DNA of 57,819 bases from assembly GCA_035380285.1 (NCBI GenBank), contig DAOSXE010000020.1, positions 1-57,819 of the forward strand, given 5' to 3'. The notes under the pieces are model-generated. The model was not told the origin of the DNA. It did not search any database and saw nothing but the letters and a program-made list of their open reading frames with translations. Below, one piece after another: positions 1 through 9,158 of the stretch; the first letter of the stretch is position 1, and each line of letters begins with the position of its first letter. Position numbers and translations under genes: made by a program. This DNA is from a bacterium (GTDB lineage Bacteria > Auribacterota > Erginobacteria > Erginobacterales > DAOSXE01).

Positions 1-1089
1 GTCGATGGTGCGCATGATGTCGTCCCGGGTTTCGGAGGGCGCTCCGATCATGAAATAGCCCAGGGTCTCGATCCCCAGTTTCTTGGTGGCGGCGAACGTT
101 TCCCGGACCTGGTCGAGGGTGATCCCTTTGTTGAGGACGGCCAGGATCTTTTCGGTCCCGGCCTCCACCCCGTAATGGATGCGTTCGCAGTGGGCCCGGC
201 GCAGGCGTTCCAGCATCGGGGCGTCGACGCAATCCACCCGGGCCCGGATGTCCCAACCGATATCGAGGCGCCGGCGGATGATTTCGTCGCAGACCTCCAT
301 TACCCGGGGCTTGCTCACGGTGAAGGTGTCGTCGTAGACCAGGAACTCGTGGATGCCCAACTCCAGGCAGGCCTCCATCTCGTCGACCACGTTGACGGCG
401 CTGCGGGCCCGGAACCGCTTTCCCAGATGGGGTCTGCCGCAGAACGAGCAGCGGAAAGGGCATCCCCGGCTGGTGATCATGGTCGTGATCGGCTGGCGCT
501 TGGCCATGACCGAGCTGTAGTTGCGCCAGGGGGTGAGGGTCCGGTCGGGGAAGGGAAGGGCGTCCAGGTCGGCGACCAGTTCCGCGGGGGGGTTGCGGTG
601 AAAACCGTATTCGTCCGTCCAGGCCAGGCCCGGCACGCTCTCCCGCGCGCCCTTCCCGTCCAGGCAGTCGGCCAGGGCGGCGAAGCCGGCTTCTCCCTCC
701 CCGGCCAGGACGTAATCGACGCCGTCCAGCCGTGCCGTCTCTTCCGGATAGATGAAGACATGCCCCCCGCCCACGACCACCGGGACCCCCGGGCACGCCT
801 CCTTGACGGTGCGGACGGTCTTGACCACGTCCAGGAGGGTGAAGGTCATGGCGGTGATGCCGACCAGGCCGGCCTTCGCTTCCCGGATCCTGGCCTCCAG
901 TTCCGGATAGGTCAGCTCCTCCACCTGGGCGTCGATCACCTCCACTTCATGCCCGGTTTTCTCCTTGAGGTAACCGCCGATATAGAGCAGCCCCAGCGGG
1001 GGGTTGAAGCCCCGCTCCTCGTCGATCAGGGCCGGGTTGTTCCCGGTGAGTTCGTTTTCCCGGGGCGGATTGATCAGAAGGACTTTCAC
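1..1089 (-). CDS. B12-binding radical SAM protein (3' end cut by the window edge)
   Basis: The reverse-strand translation has an N-terminal B12-binding-like domain (VKVLLINPP...GLLYIGGYL) followed by a CxxxCxxC radical SAM core (SRGCPFRCSFCG). The GTG start at 1089 overlaps the stop of the downstream GT2 by 4 nt (GTGA). The listed + ORF 175..1095 is its antisense shadow. Confidence 0.7.
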   Translation of the reverse strand, partial: MKVLLINPPRENELTGNNPALIDEERGFNPPLGLLYIGGYLKEKTGHEVEVIDAQVEELTYPELEARIREAKAGLVGITAMTFTLLDVVKTVRTVKEACPGVPVVVGGGHVFIYPEETARLDGVDYVLAGEGEAGFAALADCLDGKGARESVPGLAWTDEYGFHRNPPAELVADLDALPFPDRTLTPWRNYSSVMAKRQPITTMITSRGCPFRCSFCGRPHLGKRFRARSAVNVVDEMEACLELGIHEFLVYDDTFTVSKPRVMEVCDEIIRRRLDIGWDIRARVDCVDAPMLERLRRAHCERIHYGVEAGTEKILAVLNKGITLDQVRETFAATKKLGIETLGYFMIGAPSETRDDIMRTID

Positions 1090-1946
1090 CGCTGAATCCG
1101 CTTATCGATCAGGTCGGCGATCAGGGCCAGGCCCATCATCTGCAGCCCCGACATGATCACCACGATGACGGTTATATCCATGACCCGTCCCAACACGAAT
1201 TTGCTGTAGACGAGGATGCCCGCGGCCAAGAGGAAGAGGAGGACGCCGGCGGGGACGAAAATCTTGAGGGGGTGGAAGTACAGGCTGGTTCTGAGGATGA
1301 GGTTGACCAGATTTCCCGTGTCCTGGACAGGGCGGAACTTGGAGCGTCCTTCCCGGTGGTGGTAGTTGATGGGAAGATAGGCGACGCGGTATCCGTTGCT
1401 GAGAAAAGCCAGGGTGATGGTGGTGGTGAAGGAGAATCCGTCCGGGAAGATGTTGAAGAAGCGCAGGGCCGCTTCGCGGTTGAAGACCCGCAGGCCCGAG
1501 TTCAAGTCCGGAATCTTCATCCCCGCCAGATAATTGGCCATGGCCCGCAGCAGCGCTTTCGGTATCCGGCGGTGGCAGGGGATCGCCACCCGATCCCCGG
1601 TCCGCGACCCCACCACCATGTCGTGGTCGCGGGCGCTCTCGAGGAGAGCGGGGATGGCGTCGATGGGGTAGGTGCCGTCGGCGTCGGTGATGAGGACGGT
1701 GTCGAACTTCGCCGCCCGGATGCCGTCCTTGAGCGAGGCCCCGTAACCCCGGTTGACGGGGTGCCGGATGAGCAAAGCCGCTTCCGGCGCCACCGCGGCC
1801 GCGGTCCCGTCGGTGGAGGCGTCGTCGACGACGATGACCTCGAAGTCCACCCCGCTGTCGGCCATGACCGACCGCACCTGCCCGACCACCGGGGCGATGC
1901 CCGATTCCTCGTTGTAAGCCGGTATGACTATCGATACCCCGTTCAT
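1086..1946 (-). CDS. Family 2 glycosyltransferase, polyprenol-phosphate sugar synthase type (DPM1/GtrB/ArnC-like)
   Basis: It carries the GT2 motifs VSIVIPAYNEE, VVDDASTDGT and DADG, plus a C-terminal transmembrane helix as in GtrB/ArnC/Ppm1. Confidence 0.75.
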   Translation of the reverse strand: MNGVSIVIPAYNEESGIAPVVGQVRSVMADSGVDFEVIVVDDASTDGTAAAVAPEAALLIRHPVNRGYGASLKDGIRAAKFDTVLITDADGTYPIDAIPALLESARDHDMVVGSRTGDRVAIPCHRRIPKALLRAMANYLAGMKIPDLNSGLRVFNREAALRFFNIFPDGFSFTTTITLAFLSNGYRVAYLPINYHHREGRSKFRPVQDTGNLVNLILRTSLYFHPLKIFVPAGVLLFLLAAGILVYSKFVLGRVMDITVIVVIMSGLQMMGLALIADLIDKRIQR

Positions 1947-1967
1947 GTGCGTTCCTCGGATTAAAAA

Positions 1968-4196
1968 CTATATGCCCGGTTCGGGGGCAGTGTCAATCGC
2001 CCCCCCGGACTCCGGCAGGAAATAGTAGCCGACGATCTCGTCCCCCCACCGGTCCCTGATCTCTCCGAGCGCGCCGCGCGCCCCCGTGGATTCGACCGCC
2101 GCCTCCAGCGCCTTCCGGTTGGGGGGGTGGACCACCACCGCTCCCGGTTCGCTTCCCCGGGAGGCGCGCACCAGGGAGTCGGCGAGTCCGGCCGTCCCCG
2201 CGAAGTAGGCGCAGAGGGGATGGGCGGCGATTTCGTGGTAGTCGTAGTACCGGTGGATGTCGGTGTGATAACGGTAGAGCCTCCCCGTTTCCGGGTAGCA
2301 GAGAAAATCGATCGCCCGCGCCGGCCCCAGGGTGGTGTAGAAGCTTTCGAAGTGAACCTCGGTCCGCCGCCCCCGGCGGAAAAGGTCGGCAACGAAAAGC
2401 CCGACCGCGTTCGAATCCGGTTCCTTCATGGCGAAGTAGCGGGAGACGTTCAGGACCGTCAGGGGCAGGAGGTAGAGGACGACGGCCGCCGCCCCCAGGG
2501 AGATTCCGACCCGGCGCGTTTTTCCGGGGAAAAGTCCGAGGAACCTCGACCCCAGGGCGGTGATGAAGACCGCCGCCGCCAGGCAGATCAGGGGGATGCC
2601 GAGAATGAGGTGCCGCGGCGGCGAACCGATGGGTTTGACCAGGGCCATGAAAGGAACGGTTGCGGGCGCGATCCAGAGAACGAGAAACAGGTAGCGGGTG
2701 CGTTTCCAGTGGTACAGCGCCCAGGCCAGGCCCAGAACGGCGGGCAGGAAGACGGCCCGGTTGACCAGGCCGCCCTTGGGGGGATAGGTGAACGAGCCCG
2801 ACCAGCGGTCGACGCAGAGGTTGAGGTAGAGGTCCTCAAGGTTGGTCAGGAGCTGGCCCGGCACCAGTTCCCAGCGCATGGACATATCCGCCCGCGATTC
2901 GCTGCCGATGAAGGGGTAGATGCTTCCCCCCTTGGAGCTTTTGTAGGCGGTGTCGGCGATCATCCCCAGGCTCCCGGCCTGGATGGAGAAAAAAACCGCG
3001 AAGACGGCCAGAAAGACGAGGAAGCCGGGCAGGTTGCGGCGGAAAAAACCGCGCCGCAGCGCGGCCCGCGCCACCCACAGCGCCAGAAGCATGGGGAGCA
3101 CGATTTTGACCGGGAGGTAGCAGAAACCGTAGAAACTGAGGACGAACCCCAGGAAGAGATAGGGGAGGATCCGCTGGGAGCGGATGGCGGTGAAGAAGAG
3201 GTTGAAGACGAGCAGGGCGAAGGCGATGCTCATGCTCCCGAACATGCCGGCTCTGAAGATGGTCATATGCCAGGGGGAGATGGCGAAGAGCGCGGCGGCC
3301 AGGAGTCCGGCGCCGGGGGAGAAGAGCCGGGCACCCAACAGGTAGAGCAGGGCGATGGCGGCCATCCCCCAGAGGACGGAGATGCTTCGGAACGCGACCA
3401 GATGAACCCCGAAGAGGCGCATCATCTCGGCGGCGGGAACGGTAAAAAGCGCCGAACTGCAGGAATCCGCCCCGTAGGAGCGGGGAAAATAGGTCCAGAT
3501 GAAATCGGTGGTGTCGGGGTCTCCTTCCAGAAGCTGGACGCCGACCAGGGCGTTGGTGGCTTCGAATTCGTCGAAACGGGGCTGGCTGTCGATCCGGTAG
3601 AAGCCGGCGGCGGTGGCGGCCAGCAGCAGAGCGCCCAGTCCGGCGGCGTACATCCCCCCCCGTTTCCCGCGCCCCGGCTCCGCGGGGCCCGGGAACAGCC
3701 CGGCGACCAGGACCGCTCCCGCCGCCAGCAGGTAGCGGATGAACCCCTCCCGGCCCAGGCCGTCGCTCAGTCGGTTTTCCGCACTCAGGGCCAGCGCCAG
3801 GGCCAGGGCCAGGAAGAGGAAGCCCCCGGCGCGCCGCCGCCGCGCCGCCGCCGCCGCGACCGCGGCCAGAAACAGCGCCGCGCCGCCGATCCCGAACAGG
3901 ACTTCGCCGCGGTTTTTCATGAACAGGACGGCGGCGCCGGCGCCGCGGTCGATGGTTTCGAAAACGGGTCGCAGCGCCGGCAGCGAGCCTTCGGGACCGA
4001 AAGCCGTCTTCCGGGCGGCCGTCAGCACCCCGGCGAAAAACAGGGCGTACAGAACCGCCGCCGCCGTCCCCGCGGCCAGGGCCCGCCGGTTCGGCGGTAC
4101 CCGCTCCCGGCGCAGGAACAGACCTCCGGCGACCAGGACCAGAGCCAGGGCCGCCATCCGAAAGACGGGAGCGAGGATGAAGCTCCCGGAACTCAC
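1968..4196 (-). CDS. GT-C fold membrane glycosyltransferase, PMT_2/ArnT-like (GT39/GT83 family), with an extra N-terminal multi-TM extension
   Basis: A DEFE loop motif is followed by the PMT_2-like pattern (MRLFGVHLVAFRSISVLWG...AISPWH), with many TM helices and a long soluble C-terminus. The first ~190 codons of the listed ORF are low-complexity. The chosen start is the GTG at 4196, which overlaps the upstream stop (GTGA); the ATG at 4157 is an alternative. Confidence 0.6.
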   Translation of the reverse strand: MSSGSFILAPVFRMAALALVLVAGGLFLRRERVPPNRRALAAGTAAAVLYALFFAGVLTAARKTAFGPEGSLPALRPVFETIDRGAGAAVLFMKNRGEVLFGIGGAALFLAAVAAAAARRRRAGGFLFLALALALALSAENRLSDGLGREGFIRYLLAAGAVLVAGLFPGPAEPGRGKRGGMYAAGLGALLLAATAAGFYRIDSQPRFDEFEATNALVGVQLLEGDPDTTDFIWTYFPRSYGADSCSSALFTVPAAEMMRLFGVHLVAFRSISVLWGMAAIALLYLLGARLFSPGAGLLAAALFAISPWHMTIFRAGMFGSMSIAFALLVFNLFFTAIRSQRILPYLFLGFVLSFYGFCYLPVKIVLPMLLALWVARAALRRGFFRRNLPGFLVFLAVFAVFFSIQAGSLGMIADTAYKSSKGGSIYPFIGSESRADMSMRWELVPGQLLTNLEDLYLNLCVDRWSGSFTYPPKGGLVNRAVFLPAVLGLAWALYHWKRTRYLFLVLWIAPATVPFMALVKPIGSPPRHLILGIPLICLAAAVFITALGSRFLGLFPGKTRRVGISLGAAAVVLYLLPLTVLNVSRYFAMKEPDSNAVGLFVADLFRRGRRTEVHFESFYTTLGPARAIDFLCYPETGRLYRYHTDIHRYYDYHEIAAHPLCAYFAGTAGLADSLVRASRGSEPGAVVVHPPNRKALEAAVESTGARGALGEIRDRWGDEIVGYYFLPESGGAIDTAPEPGI

Positions 4197-6298
4197 GGCT
4201 CTTCCGGCACCGGCCGGTCGAAGATCGCCGTCCGGGCGATCCGTCTTCCGAACCGGTCCCTGGGTTCGTCGATCCGGGCTCCGGGCAGTTCCCGCGCCAG
4301 TTCCGGCACCCGGCGGGACGCCGGCTGCTGGTCGGCGACTACCAGCGCCGCCGGCCTCCCCCCGGCGGACAGCTCCCGGGCGGTCCGTTCGACCAGGTCG
4401 GGGCGGATGTAGCGGTATCCGTAGGCCGGTTTCCCGGAAGTATCGAGGAGGAGGAAGTTGATGGTCTTGCGGCTGAGATCGTTGATGGGGACCACGACCA
4501 GCTCGTATTCGCGCGGAAAGGAGAGAAGATAATCGTCGAACGAGCGTTCCTCGTCCCAGCGACCCGCCGGTTGGTTGCTGTCGAAAAAGACGTGACAGTT
4601 GAAGACTCCGATTCCGGCCAGTCCCGCCGCCGTCAGGACGGCCGCCGCCGCCCCGCCGGTTTTCCCCAGCGCCGCCCGGGCCAGGACGGAAAAGCGGGAA
4701 AGCGGGATCGCGGCCAGGCAGTAGATGAAGGGCCATGAAACCATCATTCGTCTGACCATCACCGGGGGCCGGGAGAGCAGGTTGGGGACGAGGAAGGCCG
4801 CCAGGAAGAAGAGCAGAAGCCGGTAGTTCAATTTTCGGATACGGGCCAGGGCGGTGCCGATTCCGAGGATGAAAAGGACCGAAACGCCCGGGTTGAAAAA
4901 GAGGTTTCCCCGCGGCCAGGGGTCGTAGTTGAAGTTGCGGGAAAAGAAGAAATCTTCTCCCAGCTTGAGCAGGTTTTCCCAGACCAGGGGAAGCCCCCGG
5001 AGGTAGTCGGCCTGGGGGGTGTAGAGATGGCCCTGGGTCCGGTGCCAGACCGATTCGTAGCCGGCGAAACTGGGGGCCATGACCCGGAAGACGGGGATGT
5101 TCAACACGGCCCCGATCGCGACGACGGCGAGGACCCCGGCGGCCAGGCCGGGCAGGTTTCCCCGCAGAAACCCCCGGTGGAAGAACAGGAAAAAGAGAAT
5201 GAGAACCGCCGCCAGCAGCACCGGGTATTTGGCCGGTGAATAAAAATAACCGGCGAAGGAGCAGGCGGCCCCCAGCAGGATCCAGGAGGTGACGTCGCGC
5301 CGCAGCAGGGCCCTCAGCAGCAGGAACACGATAAGAAGGCTGACCGTCTGGGTCGAACAGAGCAGGAGCCCGATCCGGCTGTAGTTGATGTGGAGGGGGG
5401 AAACGGCCATGAGCAAGGCGGAAATCAGGGCCAGCCGTTTTCCGAAGAGGATGCCGACGATGCCGTAGGTGAGGAGGACGGACAGGGTGCCGTAGACGAC
5501 CGGAACCAGCTTCAGGGAGGCCAGGGAAACCCCGAGGAGACGAAAGGAGAGGGCTACGCAGTAGGTGTAGACGGGGGAGAGGTTCAGATGCCCCAGCCCC
5601 CGCCAGATGGTGGAGGTCCAGAGGGAGGGAGCGTGTTGGCCGTTGAGGACGTTGAGCGCCTGCCAGGCATAGTCGGACTCGTAGTGGTCGAAGCGGACGG
5701 AAACCGCCCCCAGCAGGTGGACCCTGAGGGCGAAGGCGAGCAGGACCGTCAGGGCCGCCATCGCCGCAGCCGGCACGCCTTCAGCCCAGGGCCGTCCCCC
5801 GGATCGAAGCGGGGACGGGGAAGCCGCGGCCGAGGCGAAGGCGTAGACGCCTCCCGCCACCAGGAACAGGGGTCCCCAGAAGAAGTTCCAGGCGCTCAGG
5901 AAGACGCCGCCGGCCAGGGCGAAGGACAAGCCCAGAACCAGGAGGATGAAGCCGGCGCCCCCCTTCCTCCGGGCCACCCCCGCCCAGAGGATCAGTCCCG
6001 CCGCCAGGGCGGCCGCCGCGCGCCGGAGCAGGGGCAGGTGGGGAAAAAGCCAGTCGTCCAGCGCCCGCCCCGCCTTCACCGCGGGGTCCACGATTTTTCC
6101 GGTGAGGGCGGAGGTGCCTCCGGGGAGGACGGCCGCCGCCCAACACCCCCATCCGATCGCGGCCGCGGTCGCCAGGACCAGGAGGGTCTTCCACCGGGTC
6201 CGGCGGTAGGCCGGCGCCGTGAAGAACCCCTTGACCGCCAGCCCGGCCGCTATTCCGCCGGCGCCCAGAACGAGCAGGATGATCCGGGACGGTTGCAT
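4193..6298 (-). CDS. GT-C fold membrane glycosyltransferase, PMT_2/ArnT-like (GT39 family)
   Basis: The HYESDYAWQALNV loop is followed by FRLLGVSLASLKLVPVVYGTLSVLLTYGI..AVSPLH, typical of PMT_2/ArnT. It has at least 10 TM helices and a soluble C-terminal domain. Confidence 0.65.
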   Translation of the reverse strand: MQPSRIILLVLGAGGIAAGLAVKGFFTAPAYRRTRWKTLLVLATAAAIGWGCWAAAVLPGGTSALTGKIVDPAVKAGRALDDWLFPHLPLLRRAAAALAAGLILWAGVARRKGGAGFILLVLGLSFALAGGVFLSAWNFFWGPLFLVAGGVYAFASAAASPSPLRSGGRPWAEGVPAAAMAALTVLLAFALRVHLLGAVSVRFDHYESDYAWQALNVLNGQHAPSLWTSTIWRGLGHLNLSPVYTYCVALSFRLLGVSLASLKLVPVVYGTLSVLLTYGIVGILFGKRLALISALLMAVSPLHINYSRIGLLLCSTQTVSLLIVFLLLRALLRRDVTSWILLGAACSFAGYFYSPAKYPVLLAAVLILFFLFFHRGFLRGNLPGLAAGVLAVVAIGAVLNIPVFRVMAPSFAGYESVWHRTQGHLYTPQADYLRGLPLVWENLLKLGEDFFFSRNFNYDPWPRGNLFFNPGVSVLFILGIGTALARIRKLNYRLLLFFLAAFLVPNLLSRPPVMVRRMMVSWPFIYCLAAIPLSRFSVLARAALGKTGGAAAAVLTAAGLAGIGVFNCHVFFDSNQPAGRWDEERSFDDYLLSFPREYELVVVPINDLSRKTINFLLLDTSGKPAYGYRYIRPDLVERTARELSAGGRPAALVVADQQPASRRVPELARELPGARIDEPRDRFGRRIARTAIFDRPVPEEP

Positions 6299-6307
6299 GG
6301 GCCGGGG

Positions 6308-6991
6308 TCAGTCCGAGAAGGATATCTTCATGTTGGTGTAGGCCGGTCCCGCGTCCTTGGCTTCCATCCGGTTGATTTCATGGAAGAAGCGGTCGTCGAA
6401 GACCGGATCCTCCCCCGGCCATCCCCCCGAACCGCGGTAGACGTGGGTGTTGCGCCCTCCGGGCCAGGTGCAGCCTACGAAAATGACGGCGTCTTCGCTG
6501 CTGAACGAAAATTCGCTCCAATCCCCGGTTTCCTTCGCGGTCAGGAATTCGGAACGGGCGATCTCCCGGTCGGGTTTGTTGTCGCCGTTGCGGTCGGCGA
6601 AGGCCACGATGTGAAATCCGCCGTCTTCTCCCTCCAGGGCGTGGGCGATGCGGACGGTCACGGTGCTCCCGGTTTTCTTTTCGGGCTTGACCCGCCAGAC
6701 CCAGAGGACATAGTTGCCCTGGGTGTTATGGATGTTGCCGGTCATCAGGCCTTTTTCGGCCATCTCCCGGGGCATCGTCGGCGGTTTGCGGGGTCGGGGC
6801 GCGGCCCGGTCGGGGGCTTCCCGGGAGTCGCGGCCGGCGGAGGAGAAAAGGCTCTTGACCCAGGCCGCCGCTCCCCCGGCCGGTCCCCGGGGGAAGAAGG
6901 GCCGAACGGTATCGTAGGCTACCGCCAGAAAGAGCGCCACCCCGGCGACTATCAAGACGTTGCCCCACAATCTGCGGCTGAACAGTTTCAT
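6308..6991 (-). CDS. Membrane-anchored secreted protein consisting of the conserved domain of unknown function shared with three GT-C enzymes of this locus
   Basis: An N-terminal signal anchor is followed by a ~115-aa domain (GGFHIVAFADRNGDNKPD...GDWSEFSF...IFVGCTW...YTNMKISF). The same domain sits at the C-termini of the proteins at 7101..9158, 9155..11374 and 20867..23542. Confidence 0.6.
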   Translation of the reverse strand: MKLFSRRLWGNVLIVAGVALFLAVAYDTVRPFFPRGPAGGAAAWVKSLFSSAGRDSREAPDRAAPRPRKPPTMPREMAEKGLMTGNIHNTQGNYVLWVWRVKPEKKTGSTVTVRIAHALEGEDGGFHIVAFADRNGDNKPDREIARSEFLTAKETGDWSEFSFSSEDAVIFVGCTWPGGRNTHVYRGSGGWPGEDPVFDDRFFHEINRMEAKDAGPAYTNMKISFSD

Positions 6992-7046
6992 AGCGATCCC
7001 CGTTTGGTTGGTTCCCGGTCAAAAAGAATACCACCCCCGCTGGGGG

Positions 7047-7058
7047 AGCACTATAATA
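7047..7058 (+). promoter_or_regulatory. Candidate -10 element (cactataatacg) in the divergent intergenic region between the two glycosylation operons
   Basis: A perfect TATAAT lies about 45 nt upstream of the ATG at 7101. No good -35 was found. A small CCCCCGCTGGGGG palindrome sits immediately upstream. Confidence 0.25.
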
Positions 7059-7100
7059 CGGTGATTTACAGCCGAAACTCAAGCGCCGCCTGGGTGAATA

Positions 7101-9158
7101 ATGCCGCGTACCCTGATCGAGAAACGTCTGGAACTGGTCCTCTTCCTCGTTCTTCTGTTCAGTTTCGCTTATTTTTACCAGGGAGGGGGGGCCAATCAGA
7201 ACGCCCGCCTCGACCAGATCCGTTCCATCGTCGAGTACGGCCAGCTCAACCTCAAGGGGACGGCCGGGAGCCACGACATCGTCCAGGTGGGGCGCAGGAC
7301 TTATCCCAACAAGGCTCCGGGGATAGTGTTGGCGGGCACGCTCCCCTTCCTGGCGGCCGCGTGGCTCAAGGGGCCCGCCCTGCTCCTGGTGGAGGAGAGG
7401 TATCTCTACCTCTTCGTCAGCTACCTGGTCACCGTCCTGACGGTGGGAGCGGTCTGCGCCGCGGGGGGAGTGGTCTTCTTCCGGCTTCTGGGGCTGTTCG
7501 ACGGGCGCCCCGCCCCCCGGCTTCTGGCAGTCGCCGCCCTCTTCGTCGGCACTCCGGCTTTCGCTTATTCCACCATGCTCTACGGCCATATGGCGGGATC
7601 GGTCTGGGCGCTGCTTTCCTTCTACCTCCTCTATAAGTACTCCTGCGTTCTGCCTCACGCCCCCCGTGCCCGGTTTTTTATTTTCCTCTCGGGGCTCTCC
7701 GGCGGTTGGGCGGTGGTGACGGAATATCCCACCATCGTCATCGTCGCGGTTCTATCCCTGTACTGCCTGTTCCGCTCCGCCCGGCTGCGCACCGGGCGCT
7801 GGTGGGGGAACGCGGGAGCGTTCCTGCTCGGGGCCCTCTTCCCGGCTCTGGTGCTGCTCGGGTACAACCGGGCGGTCTTCGGCCGCTGGCTGTACGTGGC
7901 CTACTTCGACAAGCGCGCCGCCGCCCACTCCGCCTATAAGCGGGGCCCGGTGTTGGGGTTTTCCTTCCAACTGCGCACGTTCCTCAACGTGGTCTGGCAG
8001 ACCTCCTTCGGCGCCTATCGGGGTTTTTTCCACCTCTCCCCGTTCCTGGTTCTGATTTTCCCCGGCACCTGGTACCTGGCCCGCCGCCGGGGCGGGGGCG
8101 GCCTGGCCCTGGCGATCTGGTTCATGGCTCTGGCTTATTTCGCCCTCAATTCGGTCTACCCCTACTGGTACGGAGGCAAGGCTCTCGGCCCCCGGCACGC
8201 CATGGAGATGCTCCCCTGGCTGGTGCTGCTGGCGTTTTTCTGTATCCGGCGCCTTCCGCTTCTCTCGGGGGCACTGGTCGCGGTTTCCGCGGCCTTGATG
8301 CTGGTCGCGGTTTCGGTCCGGCCGGAGGAGTACGTGACCCGGCCTTTCCGGGACCTCTACTTCGAGTGTTTCCAGGACGGCGCCCTCGCCATCCGGGGGG
8401 AGCCCAGTTTCGTCAACGCCGGCGAGTTCAATTCGTTCAATGTGGGCCAGCTTCTGGGGCTGCCGGGCCGTTCCAGCCTCGTTCCCCTGCTGGCCGTCTG
8501 GTTCGCGGGAGGACTGTTCATGAGTATAGTTTCGCTGCGTCACCGCGCCGACGGCGCCGCTTCGGTCTCGTCGGCCGCGGTCAGGATCCTGGGAGCGGTG
8601 GTCGTGCTCCTCCTCGTTCTCGAGGGAGTCACGCTCTATCGGCTCATGCGGCTGGAGGAGGAGGTCGCCCTGCTCACCGACACCGGGGAATACCGGGTTC
8701 CCCCCGGTGAAATTCCGGCCGCCCAGGTCAGGGAGAAAGCTTCTCCCGGCCACCGTCTCCAGGTCTGGGAAGTGCTCAAGCCCTACGCCCCCGGCGACCT
8801 GGTCACGGTCAAGGCCGAACACGCCGCCGGCGGGGATAAAGGCGGGTTCTCCATCATCGCTTTCGCCGACCGCAACGGCGACGGCCGCCCCGACATCGAG
8901 ATCAGCCGTTCCCCCTTCCTCGCCGGCCGCCGGGCCGGAGACTGGAGCCAATGGAGCTTCCGGGCGCCGACGGGAAAGATATTCGTCGGCTACACCTGGC
9001 GCGAAGGCGCCCGGGTGTACTTCGAGCGCACCGGATGGAAGGATGCGAGTTTCTCCCCGGAGATGTATTACTCCTCGGGAGAACTCCCCACGCTCTCCAC
9101 CAGCCCCCGGGCCAGTAACCTGGCGGTGGAGATCGGCGCCGGCGGGGCGGCGCGGTGA
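7101..9158 (+). CDS. GT-C fold multi-TM glycosyltransferase with the locus-specific C-terminal domain
   Basis: It has about 12 TM helices. The C-terminal ~135 aa (GGFSIIAFADRNGDGRPD...GDWSQWSF...IFVGYTW...ASNLAVEIG) match the shared domain. The stop overlaps the next start (GTGA). Confidence 0.6.
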   Translation: MPRTLIEKRLELVLFLVLLFSFAYFYQGGGANQNARLDQIRSIVEYGQLNLKGTAGSHDIVQVGRRTYPNKAPGIVLAGTLPFLAAAWLKGPALLLVEERYLYLFVSYLVTVLTVGAVCAAGGVVFFRLLGLFDGRPAPRLLAVAALFVGTPAFAYSTMLYGHMAGSVWALLSFYLLYKYSCVLPHAPRARFFIFLSGLSGGWAVVTEYPTIVIVAVLSLYCLFRSARLRTGRWWGNAGAFLLGALFPALVLLGYNRAVFGRWLYVAYFDKRAAAHSAYKRGPVLGFSFQLRTFLNVVWQTSFGAYRGFFHLSPFLVLIFPGTWYLARRRGGGGLALAIWFMALAYFALNSVYPYWYGGKALGPRHAMEMLPWLVLLAFFCIRRLPLLSGALVAVSAALMLVAVSVRPEEYVTRPFRDLYFECFQDGALAIRGEPSFVNAGEFNSFNVGQLLGLPGRSSLVPLLAVWFAGGLFMSIVSLRHRADGAASVSSAAVRILGAVVVLLLVLEGVTLYRLMRLEEEVALLTDTGEYRVPPGEIPAAQVREKASPGHRLQVWEVLKPYAPGDLVTVKAEHAAGGDKGGFSIIAFADRNGDGRPDIEISRSPFLAGRRAGDWSQWSFRAPTGKIFVGYTWREGARVYFERTGWKDASFSPEMYYSSGELPTLSTSPRASNLAVEIGAGGAAR

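Noticed and set aside
175-1095. A 306-aa + ORF at the start of the window
   Set aside because: It is the antisense shadow of the minus-strand B12 radical SAM gene, whose CxxxCxxC and B12-domain motifs are clear on the other strand.
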